The notes beneath the pieces were generated by a model that was given only the letters and a program-made list of their open reading frames with translations, did no database searches and had not been told where the DNA came from. A stretch of 64,000 bases of DNA from Bacteroidota bacterium. GTDB lineage: Bacteria; Bacteroidota; Bacteroidia; Bacteroidales; FEN-979. Where the stretch lies: assembly GCA_037128705.1 (NCBI GenBank), contig JBAXVX010000005.1:34155-98154 (forward strand), written 5' to 3'. Both the position numbers and the translations under genes were made by a program. Below, piece after piece: positions 38,702-48,573 of the stretch (its first letter is position 1; every line of letters starts with the position of its first letter).

Positions 38702-40627
38702 ATGATCGATTTCTCTTACACCGTCTGGATCCTGCTGATTCCCCTGATCATGTTTGTGGTGGTCGGCCTGTTCGGGAACCGTTTTAAACCGCTGGTTTCG
38801 GGGATAGCCGGAACTGCAGGCCTGTTTGTCATGTGGATCCTGTCACTGGTCACAGCATACAAGTACTTTTTTGTACTTGAAAAGGCCGCCGATGGCACCT
38901 TTCAAAAGTTCCTGGCCTTCAATATGCGCTGGCTGAACCTGACCGACACCCTGCACATCGACATGGGCGTTCTTCTTGATCCTATATCCATCATGATGCT
39001 GATCGTGATCACTACGGTGTCATTCATGGTTCATGTTTACTCCATCGGTTATATGGATGGTGAAAAGGGGTTCATGCGCTTTTTTGCAACCCTGTCGTTG
39101 TTCAGTTTCTCGATGCTTGGACTGGTAGTGGCTACGAACATCTTCCAGATGTACGTATTCTGGGAACTTGTCGGTGTCTCCTCCTACCTGCTGATCGGAT
39201 TTTATTATACCAGGGACTCGGCCGTATCGGCCTCCAAGAAAGCATTTATTGTTACCCGGTTTGCCGACCTGGGTTTCCTTATCGGGATCCTGATGCTTTC
39301 ATTTTCTACCGGGACCTTCGATTTTCTGACACTGACAGGAGCCAACAGCCCTGCATTCACTGCCGGGAGCGGAATCGTTTTCCTAGGATTGTCAACCATG
39401 ACCTGGTCGATGATCTTCATTTTCATGGGCGGTGCAGGTAAATCAGCCATGTTCCCGCTACACATCTGGCTCCCCGACGCCATGGAAGGCCCAACACCCG
39501 TGTCGGCCCTTATCCATGCCGCCACCATGGTTGTTGCCGGTGTTTACCTTGTGGCCCGACTGTTCCCCATTTACATTTTCGCCGCCCCCGTGGCCCTGGA
39601 TGTGGTCATGTATGTCGGGGCCTTCAGTTCCATTTTTGCAGCCATCATCGCCTGCACGCAATTTGATATCAAACGTGTCCTGGCATACTCCACCATGTCA
39701 CAGATCGGCATGATGATGTTCGCCCTGGGGGTTTCAGGTTATGGCAGCCATGAAGGACTGGGATACATGGCCTCCATGTTCCACCTTTTCACCCATGCCT
39801 TTTTCAAATCATTGCTGTTCCTCGGAGCCGGTGCCATTATTCATGCTGTTCACAGCAATGTGATGAACGAGATGGGCGGTTTGCGAAAATATTTACCCAT
39901 TACCCATGCAACTTTCCTCATTGCCTGCCTGGCCATTGCCGGAATTCCGCCGTTGGCAGGATTCTTCAGCAAAGACGAAATTCTTGCTGCGGGTCATGAA
40001 AGAAGCCTGATGTTATACTGGGTTGAAATGATCGTTTCGGGGCTGACGGCCTTTTATATGTTCCGCCTTTATTTCTCGGTGTTCTGGGGGCATGACAGGC
40101 ATTATCACCACACCCCGCATGAAGCGTCGAAATTAATGACGATCCCCCTGATGCTCCTCGCCGTGGGGGCCCTGCTTGCCGGTTTGATTCCATTTTCAAT
40201 GTTTGTCTCATCCGACCGCATGCCATTCCATTCGGAGATTGAACTGGGAATCGCCATTCCTGCCGTCCTGGTTGGTCTTGCCGGTATTATTACCGCCATG
40301 CTGTTTTACCGCAAAGAGACCAACCTGCCTGATAAGATATACAATGCCCTGGGAGGATTCTCGACAGCCGCATACCATAAATTTTATATTGATGAAGTTT
40401 ATCTTTTCATCACAAAGAAGATCATTTTCAACTATGTCTCCCGTCCAATCGCCTGGTTCGACCGCCATGTCGTAGATGGGGCCATGAATGGAATATCTTT
40501 TGTGACCAACGAAGCATCCGACCGCATCAAGCGGTTCCAATCGGGTCAGCTCCAGCAATATGCACTCGTATTTGTGTCGGGCGTGGTGTTGCTTACCTTG
40601 TTATTCACCTATTTAATGACCAACTAA
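38702..40627 (+). CDS. nuoL: NADH-quinone oxidoreductase subunit L
   Basis: 641-aa antiporter-like subunit with WLPDAMEGPTPVSALIHAATMV and a C-terminal lateral-helix region. Confidence 0.95.
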   Translation: MIDFSYTVWILLIPLIMFVVVGLFGNRFKPLVSGIAGTAGLFVMWILSLVTAYKYFFVLEKAADGTFQKFLAFNMRWLNLTDTLHIDMGVLLDPISIMMLIVITTVSFMVHVYSIGYMDGEKGFMRFFATLSLFSFSMLGLVVATNIFQMYVFWELVGVSSYLLIGFYYTRDSAVSASKKAFIVTRFADLGFLIGILMLSFSTGTFDFLTLTGANSPAFTAGSGIVFLGLSTMTWSMIFIFMGGAGKSAMFPLHIWLPDAMEGPTPVSALIHAATMVVAGVYLVARLFPIYIFAAPVALDVVMYVGAFSSIFAAIIACTQFDIKRVLAYSTMSQIGMMMFALGVSGYGSHEGLGYMASMFHLFTHAFFKSLLFLGAGAIIHAVHSNVMNEMGGLRKYLPITHATFLIACLAIAGIPPLAGFFSKDEILAAGHERSLMLYWVEMIVSGLTAFYMFRLYFSVFWGHDRHYHHTPHEASKLMTIPLMLLAVGALLAGLIPFSMFVSSDRMPFHSEIELGIAIPAVLVGLAGIITAMLFYRKETNLPDKIYNALGGFSTAAYHKFYIDEVYLFITKKIIFNYVSRPIAWFDRHVVDGAMNGISFVTNEASDRIKRFQSGQLQQYALVFVSGVVLLTLLFTYLMTN

Positions 40628-40639
40628 TACCATATAAGA

Positions 40640-42151
40640 ATGAGTATTCTGACACTGTTTATCATTATACCGGTTCTCACCATAATTGGTATTTTATTCA
40701 GCAAATCCCACATGCAGGTAAAATGGGTTGCTGTGGTGGGGATGGGCCTCCAGTTGCTGAGCGCCATTGGGTTGATCCTACTTTACCTGGCCGAACGGAG
40801 AGCCGGCAACCTGGCCGAAGTCCTTTTTGTCCAGGATAACGTATGGTATCAAACCCTCAATATCCACTTCTACGTTGGAGTTGACGGGGTATCGGTTGCC
40901 ATGATCGGACTGACGGCCCTGGTCGTTTTTGCCGGTATTTTTGCCAGCTGGGATGTTGTCGACCTGCCGCGCGAGTTTTTCACCTCACTCATATTGTTGG
41001 CCTCGGGGGTATTTGGCTTCTTCATCTCCCTCGACCTTTTCACCATGTTCCTCTTTTATGAACTGGCTGTGATCCCGATGTATCTTCTTATTGGAATCTG
41101 GGGAAGCGGTCCGCGTCATTATTCGGCCATGAAGCTTACCCTGATGCTTATGGGCGGATCGGCCTTTATCCTGCTCGGAATCATCGGCATCTATTTCAAT
41201 TCAGCCCCCAATGGCGGACCTTTAACCTTTGACCTGATCAAAATATCAAAGGAAACGATCCCCATTGATGTACAACGTTTTCTCTTTCCATTCCTTTTTG
41301 TTGGATTTGGTGTGCTCGGGGCCATGTTTCCCTTCCATACATGGTCACCCGATGGTCATGCCTCGGCACCTACAGCAGTTTCGATGCTCCACGCCGGGGT
41401 TCTGATGAAACTGGGCGGATACGGATGTTACCGCGTTGCCGTGTTCCTTCTTCCCGAAGCTGCCCATCAGCTTGGTTGGATATTCCTGATCCTGGCCACG
41501 ATCGGGGTCATTTACGGAGCACTCGGAGCCATCTGGCAAAAAGATCTTAAATACATCAATGCCTATTCTTCAGTGAGTCATTGTGCCCTGGTACTCTTCG
41601 CCATCCTGATGTTCAACCAGACTGCCATGAACGGCGCCATCATGCAGATGATCTCTCACGGAATCATGACAGCCCTTTTCTTTGCCCTTATCGGGATGAT
41701 TTACGGGAGAACGCACACCCGCTTCATCAATGAGATGGGCGGACTGATGAAGGTGATGCCGTTTCTTGCTGTGGCTTATGTCATTGCCGGTCTTGCCTCC
41801 CTCGGACTCCCGGGTTTCAGCGGGTTCGTTGCCGAAATGACCATTTTCGTAGGCGCTTTCCAGAATGCGGATACCTTCCATCGCGTTGCCACCATCATTG
41901 CAGCCTCCTCCATTGTGGTTACTGCCGTGTATGTGCTCCGCGTTGTTGGAATTCTTTTACTGGGAAAAATCAAAAATGAACAATTCGAAATGATTACCGA
42001 TGCCAAATGGTACGATAAAATAAGCGTAGTTGCCCTGATCTTCGGGATCACCTTCATCGGGATGGCACCACTCTGGCTTTCGGATATGATTACAGGAGGA
42101 CTGGGCCCCATCATGCATAAACTGATGGCTGCAGGCCCGATACTCCATTGA
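40640..42151 (+). CDS. nuoM: NADH-quinone oxidoreductase subunit M
   Basis: 503-aa antiporter-like subunit with FPFHTWSPDGHASAPTAVSMLHAGVLMKLG. Confidence 0.95.
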   Translation: MSILTLFIIIPVLTIIGILFSKSHMQVKWVAVVGMGLQLLSAIGLILLYLAERRAGNLAEVLFVQDNVWYQTLNIHFYVGVDGVSVAMIGLTALVVFAGIFASWDVVDLPREFFTSLILLASGVFGFFISLDLFTMFLFYELAVIPMYLLIGIWGSGPRHYSAMKLTLMLMGGSAFILLGIIGIYFNSAPNGGPLTFDLIKISKETIPIDVQRFLFPFLFVGFGVLGAMFPFHTWSPDGHASAPTAVSMLHAGVLMKLGGYGCYRVAVFLLPEAAHQLGWIFLILATIGVIYGALGAIWQKDLKYINAYSSVSHCALVLFAILMFNQTAMNGAIMQMISHGIMTALFFALIGMIYGRTHTRFINEMGGLMKVMPFLAVAYVIAGLASLGLPGFSGFVAEMTIFVGAFQNADTFHRVATIIAASSIVVTAVYVLRVVGILLLGKIKNEQFEMITDAKWYDKISVVALIFGITFIGMAPLWLSDMITGGLGPIMHKLMAAGPILH

Positions 42152-42169
42152 TTTATGATTTACGATTTA
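42149..42169. repeat. 7-nt tandem repeat TGATTTA TGATTTA CGATTTA beginning with the nuoM stop codon
   Basis: Read directly. Followed by degenerate AT-rich units up to about 42183. Confidence 0.6.
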
Positions 42170-42194
42170 TTAAGTAATTAAAAAGTACTGAACG

Positions 42195-43604
42195 ATGCTG
42201 ATAATGAGACATGAATTGCTGCTGATAGCCATCACAGTAATCTTATTGATTGTCGAAATTTTTCTGCCCAATACACAGAAACATAAGATTATTCTGCCGG
42301 CCATCCTGATGATGGCAGCCGTGACAATCCTGGGTTTTCTCCCCGGAACGCCCGGTGTCCTGTTCGGAGGCATGTTTCAATCGACCCAGCTCACCATGAT
42401 GCTCAAGAATATCCTGAATATTGGTGTGCTGATCATTTTTATACAATCGGTTGACTGGCTGAAACAGGAGCAGAACAAGGAAAAGGTAAGCGAATTTTTC
42501 CTGCTGATGCTTTCCACCCTGATTGGGATGAACTACATGATTTCTTCCGGCGATTTTTTGATGTTTTACATCGGGCTCGAATTGGCTACCATTCCGATTG
42601 CCGCCCTGGCTGCCTATGAACGTATGAAGGAAAAGTCGGCCGAAGCCGGGGTAAAGCTGATCTTCACCTCCGCACTTTCGTCGGGTATTTTATTGTACGG
42701 GTTATCGATGATTTACGGTACCACCGGAACGATGTACTTTGCTGATGTTGCCCCTATGATTACAGGGACCCCGCTTCAGATTCTGGCCTTTATTTTCTTT
42801 TTTGCAGGGATGGCATTTAAAATTTCCCTGGTTCCTTTCCATCTTTGGACGGCCGATGTGTATGAAGGGGCCCCTGTGAATGTGGCCTCCTATCTTTCGG
42901 TGATCTCCAAGGGAGCCGCTGTTTTTATTTTCACTATCATTCTCTACACGGTATTTTACAAGATTGCAGTGATGTGGAGCGAGTTGCTGTATGGCATTGT
43001 CATCCTTACCATTACCGTTGGGAACCTCTTTGCCATGCGTCAGCAAAACCTCAAGCGTTTCCTCGCATTTTCGTCCATCGCGCAGGCTGGTTTTATCCTG
43101 CTGGGTATTATCGGGCAAAGCCAGCTTGGAATGACCACGGTCATCTATTTTGCCCTGGTGTATATCTTTTCGAACCTCGGAGCCTTCGGTGTTGTGGGAA
43201 TTATTTCAAACCGTACCGGGAAAGAGAATATCAATGACTACGACGGACTCTACCGCACCAACCCGAACCTCAGCCTCGTCATGATGCTTGCACTCTTTTC
43301 ATTGGCAGGTATTCCGCCACTGGCCGGGTTCTTTGGTAAGTTCTTTCTTTTCACCGCAGCTGCAAAACAGGGATATTACATCCTTGTTCTGATCGCCCTG
43401 ATTAACACGATCATCTCCCTGTATTATTATTTACTGGTGATCAAGGCCATGTTGCTGAACAACAGCGACCAGCCGATTGCCAAATTTAAAAGTGACGGAT
43501 ATACCCGCCTGGGGCTGCTCATGTGTGTGGCCGGTATTGTGATCATAGGTTTTGCCAGTTCCATTTACGAAATGGTCTTCAACCTGAGCTTCGGATTATA
43601 TTAA
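42195..43604 (+). CDS. nuoN: NADH-quinone oxidoreductase subunit N
   Basis: 469-aa antiporter-like subunit with VPFHLWTADVYEGAPVNVASYLSVISKGAA. Confidence 0.95.
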   Translation: MLIMRHELLLIAITVILLIVEIFLPNTQKHKIILPAILMMAAVTILGFLPGTPGVLFGGMFQSTQLTMMLKNILNIGVLIIFIQSVDWLKQEQNKEKVSEFFLLMLSTLIGMNYMISSGDFLMFYIGLELATIPIAALAAYERMKEKSAEAGVKLIFTSALSSGILLYGLSMIYGTTGTMYFADVAPMITGTPLQILAFIFFFAGMAFKISLVPFHLWTADVYEGAPVNVASYLSVISKGAAVFIFTIILYTVFYKIAVMWSELLYGIVILTITVGNLFAMRQQNLKRFLAFSSIAQAGFILLGIIGQSQLGMTTVIYFALVYIFSNLGAFGVVGIISNRTGKENINDYDGLYRTNPNLSLVMMLALFSLAGIPPLAGFFGKFFLFTAAAKQGYYILVLIALINTIISLYYYLLVIKAMLLNNSDQPIAKFKSDGYTRLGLLMCVAGIVIIGFASSIYEMVFNLSFGLY

Positions 43605-43661
43605 TCTTCCCCGATACCAGCAGGCATTGCCTTGCATTGGCAGTAAGGAAAAAAAAGTATT

Positions 43662-43991
43662 ATGGCACTGACTAAAGGAAAGCATATCGTTGCGGAGATC
43701 GAAGGGATACGATGCAGCGTAGTTGAAACCGGCGCAACGGAGCAACGGGCTGAGTTTTTGAAAAACCTTCTCCTGTTCAACGAGTATGAGGTGAAGATGG
43801 AAAAGGAAAAAGCAAAGGATGGGACTGAACTTTCGACTTATGTAATCGGACTGACAGATCTCCTGTTTAACCCCATGATCGTCGTTTACGAAAAGAAACT
43901 TTTCAGGAAGGATGGGTTGACGGTTACACCTGCGTACTGGAATCAATGGCCTGACCATGATCCCCTTCCCTACTGGCAGGTTCAACGGTAA
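43662..43991 (+). CDS. hypothetical protein (109 aa)
   Basis: Clean ORF 58 nt after nuoN. No motif recognised. Confidence 0.45.
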   Translation: MALTKGKHIVAEIEGIRCSVVETGATEQRAEFLKNLLLFNEYEVKMEKEKAKDGTELSTYVIGLTDLLFNPMIVVYEKKLFRKDGLTVTPAYWNQWPDHDPLPYWQVQR

Positions 43992-43996
43992 TCAAC

Positions 43997-44197
43997 ATGC
44001 AAAAGTTTGCAAAATATTTTTCCTGGTTTGTAATCCTGCTCTATTTCGTTCTTGGAATTTACGTGCTTGTGAGCCCGCGGTTGCAGTATCTTTCGAAAGA
44101 GGTCAGGTACATTTTTGCCATTTTTCTTTTCCTCTACGGAAGCTTTCGAATCGCCCGCCTGTGGACAAAAAACAGGGAGCGAAACGAAGAAGAATAA
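43997..44197 (+). CDS. hypothetical small membrane protein (66 aa, 2 TM)
   Basis: Two hydrophobic helices (YFSWFVILLYFVLGIYVLV and YIFAIFLFLYGSF) and a basic tail. Starts 6 nt after the previous ORF. Confidence 0.4.
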   Translation: MQKFAKYFSWFVILLYFVLGIYVLVSPRLQYLSKEVRYIFAIFLFLYGSFRIARLWTKNRERNEEE

Positions 44198-44224
44198 AAT
44201 TTGTCAGAACAATAATAATTTTTA

Positions 44225-44232
44225 TACTTTTG
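44225..44232 (+). promoter_or_regulatory. candidate -7 box TACTTTTG upstream of PstS-like gene
   Basis: Matches TAnnTTTG, 42 nt upstream of the ATG at 44274. Overlapped by the inverted repeat CTTTTGT-N6-ACAAAAG (44227..44246). Confidence 0.35.
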
Positions 44233-44273
44233 TGTTTTAACAAAAGAAACTCCTGATTTTTAGCAATTAAGAG

Positions 44274-45233
44274 ATGAAAAGCCAAAATAGGACCGCAAAC
44301 CGGTTTATAGGTGCTTCGTGGGTGATCTGCCTCATCATCATGACCTCCTGTGGTGGGAATCCAAACTCTAAAAACACGGATACTCCTACTGGCGGAACAA
44401 TCAAAGTAGGAATCGACGATTCTTACCACCTGCTCGCTGAGGCCGAGGTTTTCACTTTTGAGACAGTGTACAAGTATGCCCACATCGACACCATCTTCAA
44501 AACAGAGGCCGATGTGATCAATGATTTTATGAATGATTCCGTCCCCATGATCATTGTCAACCGGAAGCTTTCTGTCGAACAAATGGCCTATCTGAGGGAA
44601 AGGCAATATATTCCAAAAACGACAAAAATTGCCATTGATGCGATTGCGCTCATCGTAAACAGGGAAAACCCGGATACTTCGATGTTTTATCAAAGCATCA
44701 AGGATATTTTTCAGGGCAAAATCACCTCCTGGAAACAGATTAACAGCAAATCCAAGCTGAAGGACATCAGGGTGGTATTTGACAACTTCAAATCGGGGAA
44801 CCCGCGTTATTTTAAAGAAAAATTTGCCATCGATTCATTTCCCTCCACCTGTTCGGCCGCTAACAATAATTCGGAGGTGATCAATTACGTGGAGAAAAAC
44901 AAGAACGCGATCGGGGTGATCAGTGTGAACTGGATCAGTGATCCCGCCGATACTGTTTCGCATAATTTTCTAAAGAGATTTAAGGTTGTTGGCATTGCCC
45001 TTGAAGGCGATAATGATCCGGGAACTAAATTTTATAAACCCTATCCCGGATACATTGCCGAGGGATCTTACCCCTTCACCCGTGATGTATATTGCATTAA
45101 CCGCCAATCGTATACCGGATTGGCTCATGGATTTTCATCATTTCTCGCAGGAGAAAAGGGGCAGTTTATTGTCCTCCATTCCGGACTCGTACCTGCTGCA
45201 ATGCCTGTAAGGTTAGTTGAAATTAAACATTAA
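44274..45233 (+). CDS. PstS-family (PBP2-like) substrate-binding lipoprotein
   Basis: Lipobox IIMTSCGG. Periplasmic-binding-protein-like sequence (IAIDAIALIVNRENP..., GVISVNW). First gene of the TPR/ExbBDD/TonB cluster. Confidence 0.55.
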   Translation: MKSQNRTANRFIGASWVICLIIMTSCGGNPNSKNTDTPTGGTIKVGIDDSYHLLAEAEVFTFETVYKYAHIDTIFKTEADVINDFMNDSVPMIIVNRKLSVEQMAYLRERQYIPKTTKIAIDAIALIVNRENPDTSMFYQSIKDIFQGKITSWKQINSKSKLKDIRVVFDNFKSGNPRYFKEKFAIDSFPSTCSAANNNSEVINYVEKNKNAIGVISVNWISDPADTVSHNFLKRFKVVGIALEGDNDPGTKFYKPYPGYIAEGSYPFTRDVYCINRQSYTGLAHGFSSFLAGEKGQFIVLHSGLVPAAMPVRLVEIKH

Positions 45234-45252
45234 AACAGAGGAGAACCAAATT

Positions 45253-46965
45253 ATGCCCAGATTTACCAGACCGGTTGTTGTCGTTGTCGCCCTGATGCTG
45301 TTATGTGCTTTTTCTTCCCGGCTATATTCGCAGGACCTGAATACAGCCATCAAACTTACCAAAAGTGAACAGTTCTCCCTTGCCGCTTCGATGTTCAAAC
45401 AATTAATCCAGCAAACGCCCACCAATGGCGACATCTACTATTACTACGGCCGCAATTGCATGGAAAAATACAATTCTGATACACTCAATGTGTCCTTCCA
45501 GGAAAAGGTTGATTCAGCGAAAGCGATTTTTGAACTTGGCATCAGGCAGGACCCAACGAATCCTTTGAATTTTGTTGGATTGGGAGGCTTGAAGATGATC
45601 AGAAAAGATATTCCGGGAGCGAAAGCTGAATTTGACAAAGCGCTTGCATTGTTGCCATCCAAAGCAAACAAAACGATTAAAATGGCGCCCGACCGGCAGT
45701 CTAAGATCCTGGTCCAGATAGCCGAATCGTATGTCACAGCAGGTGTCAGGGATACAGCCAGCGCCTTTTCCTATATTCGTACTGCAGAAAAACTTGATCC
45801 GAAGAATCCGGAGCTATATATCGTCAAGGGTGACATTTATTTCTACCTGCTTAATGACGGATCAAAGGCCATTGCCAATTATAATGCAGCCCAGAAGCTG
45901 GATCCGACCTCTCCCGAAGCAAAATTGCGCGTGGGACAATTATGGCTAAGGGCAAGACAGTATACCACCGCGTTGCAGTACTACCAGGATGTTGTTAAAA
46001 TGGACTCCACATTTGCCCCGGCCTATCGTGAACTTGGCTCTTTGCTTGCTCGTGCCGGACGTCCGGAGGAGGCCAAAAAGAATTTCGCAAAGTTCCTGGA
46101 ACTTTCCCGTAATACGGCTGCCCGCAAGCAGTACGTAAATACTCTGATCGAATTGAAGGATTACAATGAAGCCATCAGTCAGCTGAATGAAATTCTCAAG
46201 GTGGATATCACCGACAATGATGTAAACAGGGCGCTGGCCTATTCCTATTTTGAGACACAGCAATACGACAAGGGACTGGAGTATATTAAAAAGTTCATTT
46301 CCAATGCAAAACCTGAGAAGATCCGCTCCCTCGACTATGCCTATTATGGCCGGTTACTGGCCAAGACCAAGCAGGATTCGCTTGCTTCTGAACAACTGAT
46401 GAAAGCATATTCACTGGATACATCGAAAACTGAGCTTATTTCAGAAGCCGCCCTGTGTTATACCAGGGTTAAAAAATATGATAAAGCCAAAGAACATTAT
46501 GAACTGAAGATTGCCACAAATAAGGCTGTCCCCATGGATTACTATAACCTGGGAAAAGTTTACTACAGTCTTCAGGATTATGTGAAGGCCGATACCAACC
46601 TGGCCATTTTCAATGCCCTTCAGCCCGAGTACATACCTGGCTTCGCATGGCGGGCACGAACCAAGTCGAACCTTGATGTAAAGGATGCGAAAGGGTTCAA
46701 TACAACCGGTTATGCAGTTCCGGTTTACGAAGGACTCATAGAAAAAACCCAGATTGATACGGTGAAATACATGAAAGAACGTTTTGAATCATTTGATTAT
46801 CTGGCATTCTACCATTACGGCCAATGGTCACGCGATCAAAAACTTAAAGATGAAGCCGAAAAAGCTTTGGGATTTTATTTGCGAATGACCGCTGTGAATC
46901 CGAATGATGAAAAGGTGGCTGTAGTGAAACCGGTTATTGAAATGTTGAAAACTAAGATCAAATAA
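45253..46965 (+). CDS. tetratricopeptide repeat protein (secreted)
   Basis: Signal peptide from the ATG at 45253. Multiple TPR-like A..Y...L..DP units throughout. Confidence 0.7.
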   Translation: MPRFTRPVVVVVALMLLCAFSSRLYSQDLNTAIKLTKSEQFSLAASMFKQLIQQTPTNGDIYYYYGRNCMEKYNSDTLNVSFQEKVDSAKAIFELGIRQDPTNPLNFVGLGGLKMIRKDIPGAKAEFDKALALLPSKANKTIKMAPDRQSKILVQIAESYVTAGVRDTASAFSYIRTAEKLDPKNPELYIVKGDIYFYLLNDGSKAIANYNAAQKLDPTSPEAKLRVGQLWLRARQYTTALQYYQDVVKMDSTFAPAYRELGSLLARAGRPEEAKKNFAKFLELSRNTAARKQYVNTLIELKDYNEAISQLNEILKVDITDNDVNRALAYSYFETQQYDKGLEYIKKFISNAKPEKIRSLDYAYYGRLLAKTKQDSLASEQLMKAYSLDTSKTELISEAALCYTRVKKYDKAKEHYELKIATNKAVPMDYYNLGKVYYSLQDYVKADTNLAIFNALQPEYIPGFAWRARTKSNLDVKDAKGFNTTGYAVPVYEGLIEKTQIDTVKYMKERFESFDYLAFYHYGQWSRDQKLKDEAEKALGFYLRMTAVNPNDEKVAVVKPVIEMLKTKIK

Positions 46966-46994
46966 TATCTATTTGATAACGTATATTATTTTTT

Positions 46995-47002
46995 TATCTT
47001 TG
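46995..47002 (+). promoter_or_regulatory. candidate -7 box TATCTTTG upstream of exbB
   Basis: Matches TAnnTTTG, 60 nt upstream of the ATG at 47063. Confidence 0.3.
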
Positions 47003-47062
47003 TGGGCCTTTTAGTAAGAAATTCAAATAATTCATTCAATTTTAATCTAAAACTTTTTAACG

Positions 47063-47884
47063 ATGAGCAAGACAAATAAACAAGGCGGAGCCCTTGGTGA
47101 AGCCTTAAGGTCAGTGTTTACGGTGGGCGTTATGATTATCGCCTTAATCATTTCCTACATCATTTACAAGTATGTGTTTGGCAATCCACTCTTTTTTGAA
47201 GGAGGCAACCCTGAAGGTCACCCGCTTCCCGGCAACTACCTGGCCATTATTTATAAAGGAGGTGTCATCGTTCCGTTCCTGATCACCCTGAACCTGGTTC
47301 TCATCATTTTTGCTTTTGAACGTGGCATCACCTTATTCCGTGCAAAAGGAAAAGGCCGTCTCAATGTCTTTGTTAAAGGCCTGCAGCAGAACCTCGACAA
47401 CAACAAAATCGAAGATGCAATTGTTGCCTGTGACAAACAAAGAGGATCATTGGCCAATGTAATGAAAGCCGGTTTGATGCGTTACCGTGCATTGCAGCAT
47501 GATACCACCCTGGAAAAAGATCAGAAAATTCTTGCCCTCCAGAAGGAATTTGAAGAAGCTTCCGCACTCGAACTTCCGATGCTGTCAAGAAACCTCGTTA
47601 TCCTTTCGACCATTGCCTCCATCTCCGTGTTAACCGGTCTTATGGGAACTGTTATCGGGATGATCAAGGCATTCGGTGCTTTGGCCCAGGCCGGCGCTCC
47701 CGATGCCCTTGCCCTTGCAAACGGTATTTCTGAGGCCCTTATCAACACAGCATTTGGTATCTTCGGATCATTGTTGGCTATCGTGTTGTATAACTTCTTC
47801 TCCACCCAGATCGACAGTTTCACCTATAAAATTGATGAAGCCGGATTTAGTCTTGTTCAGTCATTTGCTGCAGCAACCAAATAG
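47063..47884 (+). CDS. exbB: MotA/TolQ/ExbB proton channel family protein
   Basis: 3 TM segments. LTGLMGTVIGMIKAF...GISEALINTAFGI is the typical ExbB core. Confidence 0.85.
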   Translation: MSKTNKQGGALGEALRSVFTVGVMIIALIISYIIYKYVFGNPLFFEGGNPEGHPLPGNYLAIIYKGGVIVPFLITLNLVLIIFAFERGITLFRAKGKGRLNVFVKGLQQNLDNNKIEDAIVACDKQRGSLANVMKAGLMRYRALQHDTTLEKDQKILALQKEFEEASALELPMLSRNLVILSTIASISVLTGLMGTVIGMIKAFGALAQAGAPDALALANGISEALINTAFGIFGSLLAIVLYNFFSTQIDSFTYKIDEAGFSLVQSFAAATK

Positions 47885-47900
47885 TTAAAAAGAAACCAAT

Positions 47901-48536
47901 ATGCCAAAAATTAAGCAACCGGCACGAAGTCCGCACATAGACATGACGCCTATGGTGGATTTGTTTTCCTTGCTGCTGACATTTTTCATGTTGACCACCT
48001 CGTTTCGCCCACAGGAAGCCGCGCCCATTGAAACCCCATCTTCGGTTTCGGAAAAGCAGGCCCCTGACAATGATATCATGACGATTTACATTGCAAAGGA
48101 CGGGAAGGTTTTCTTCAACATCGACAATGGCAGGGATACTTCAACCCATTTCAGGGAAAAACTGCTTCAGAAAATGGCCGAACAGTATAAGCTGACCTTT
48201 ACTCCGAAGGAGCTTGATAAGTTCAGTAAAATGGCAGGATTCGGAATGCCGATCAAGAACCTGAAGGCATGGATTGATGCTACGGAACCCAAGGTGCGCG
48301 ACAAACTCCAGGAAGGAATTCCGATGGATTCAATTGACAATCAGCTGGCATGGTGGGTTCGTATGGCCCGATTGACCAACCTGAGCGCCGAAGTGGCCAT
48401 CAAGGGAGATGCCGAAACGGACTACACCAAGGTAAAGAAGATCATGGACCTGTTGCAGGACAACAAGGTAAATAAATTTAATCTCGTTACCAACCTCCAG
48501 AAGGACGAAGCTTCTGTAAAGGACATACCTAAATAA
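47901..48536 (+). CDS. exbD: ExbD/TolR biopolymer transport protein
   Basis: N-terminal IDMTPMVDLFSLLLTFFML motif. Confidence 0.8.
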   Translation: MPKIKQPARSPHIDMTPMVDLFSLLLTFFMLTTSFRPQEAAPIETPSSVSEKQAPDNDIMTIYIAKDGKVFFNIDNGRDTSTHFREKLLQKMAEQYKLTFTPKELDKFSKMAGFGMPIKNLKAWIDATEPKVRDKLQEGIPMDSIDNQLAWWVRMARLTNLSAEVAIKGDAETDYTKVKKIMDLLQDNKVNKFNLVTNLQKDEASVKDIPK

Positions 48537-48573
48537 GGTAACAAGATTTTAATCCCTAAAAGATAAAACCAGT

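Noticed and set aside
43605-43661. Possible terminator hairpin after nuoN (TGCC...GGCA followed by an A-run)
   Set aside because: The stem is only about 4 bp and an A-run, not a T-run, follows on the coding strand. Not supportable.
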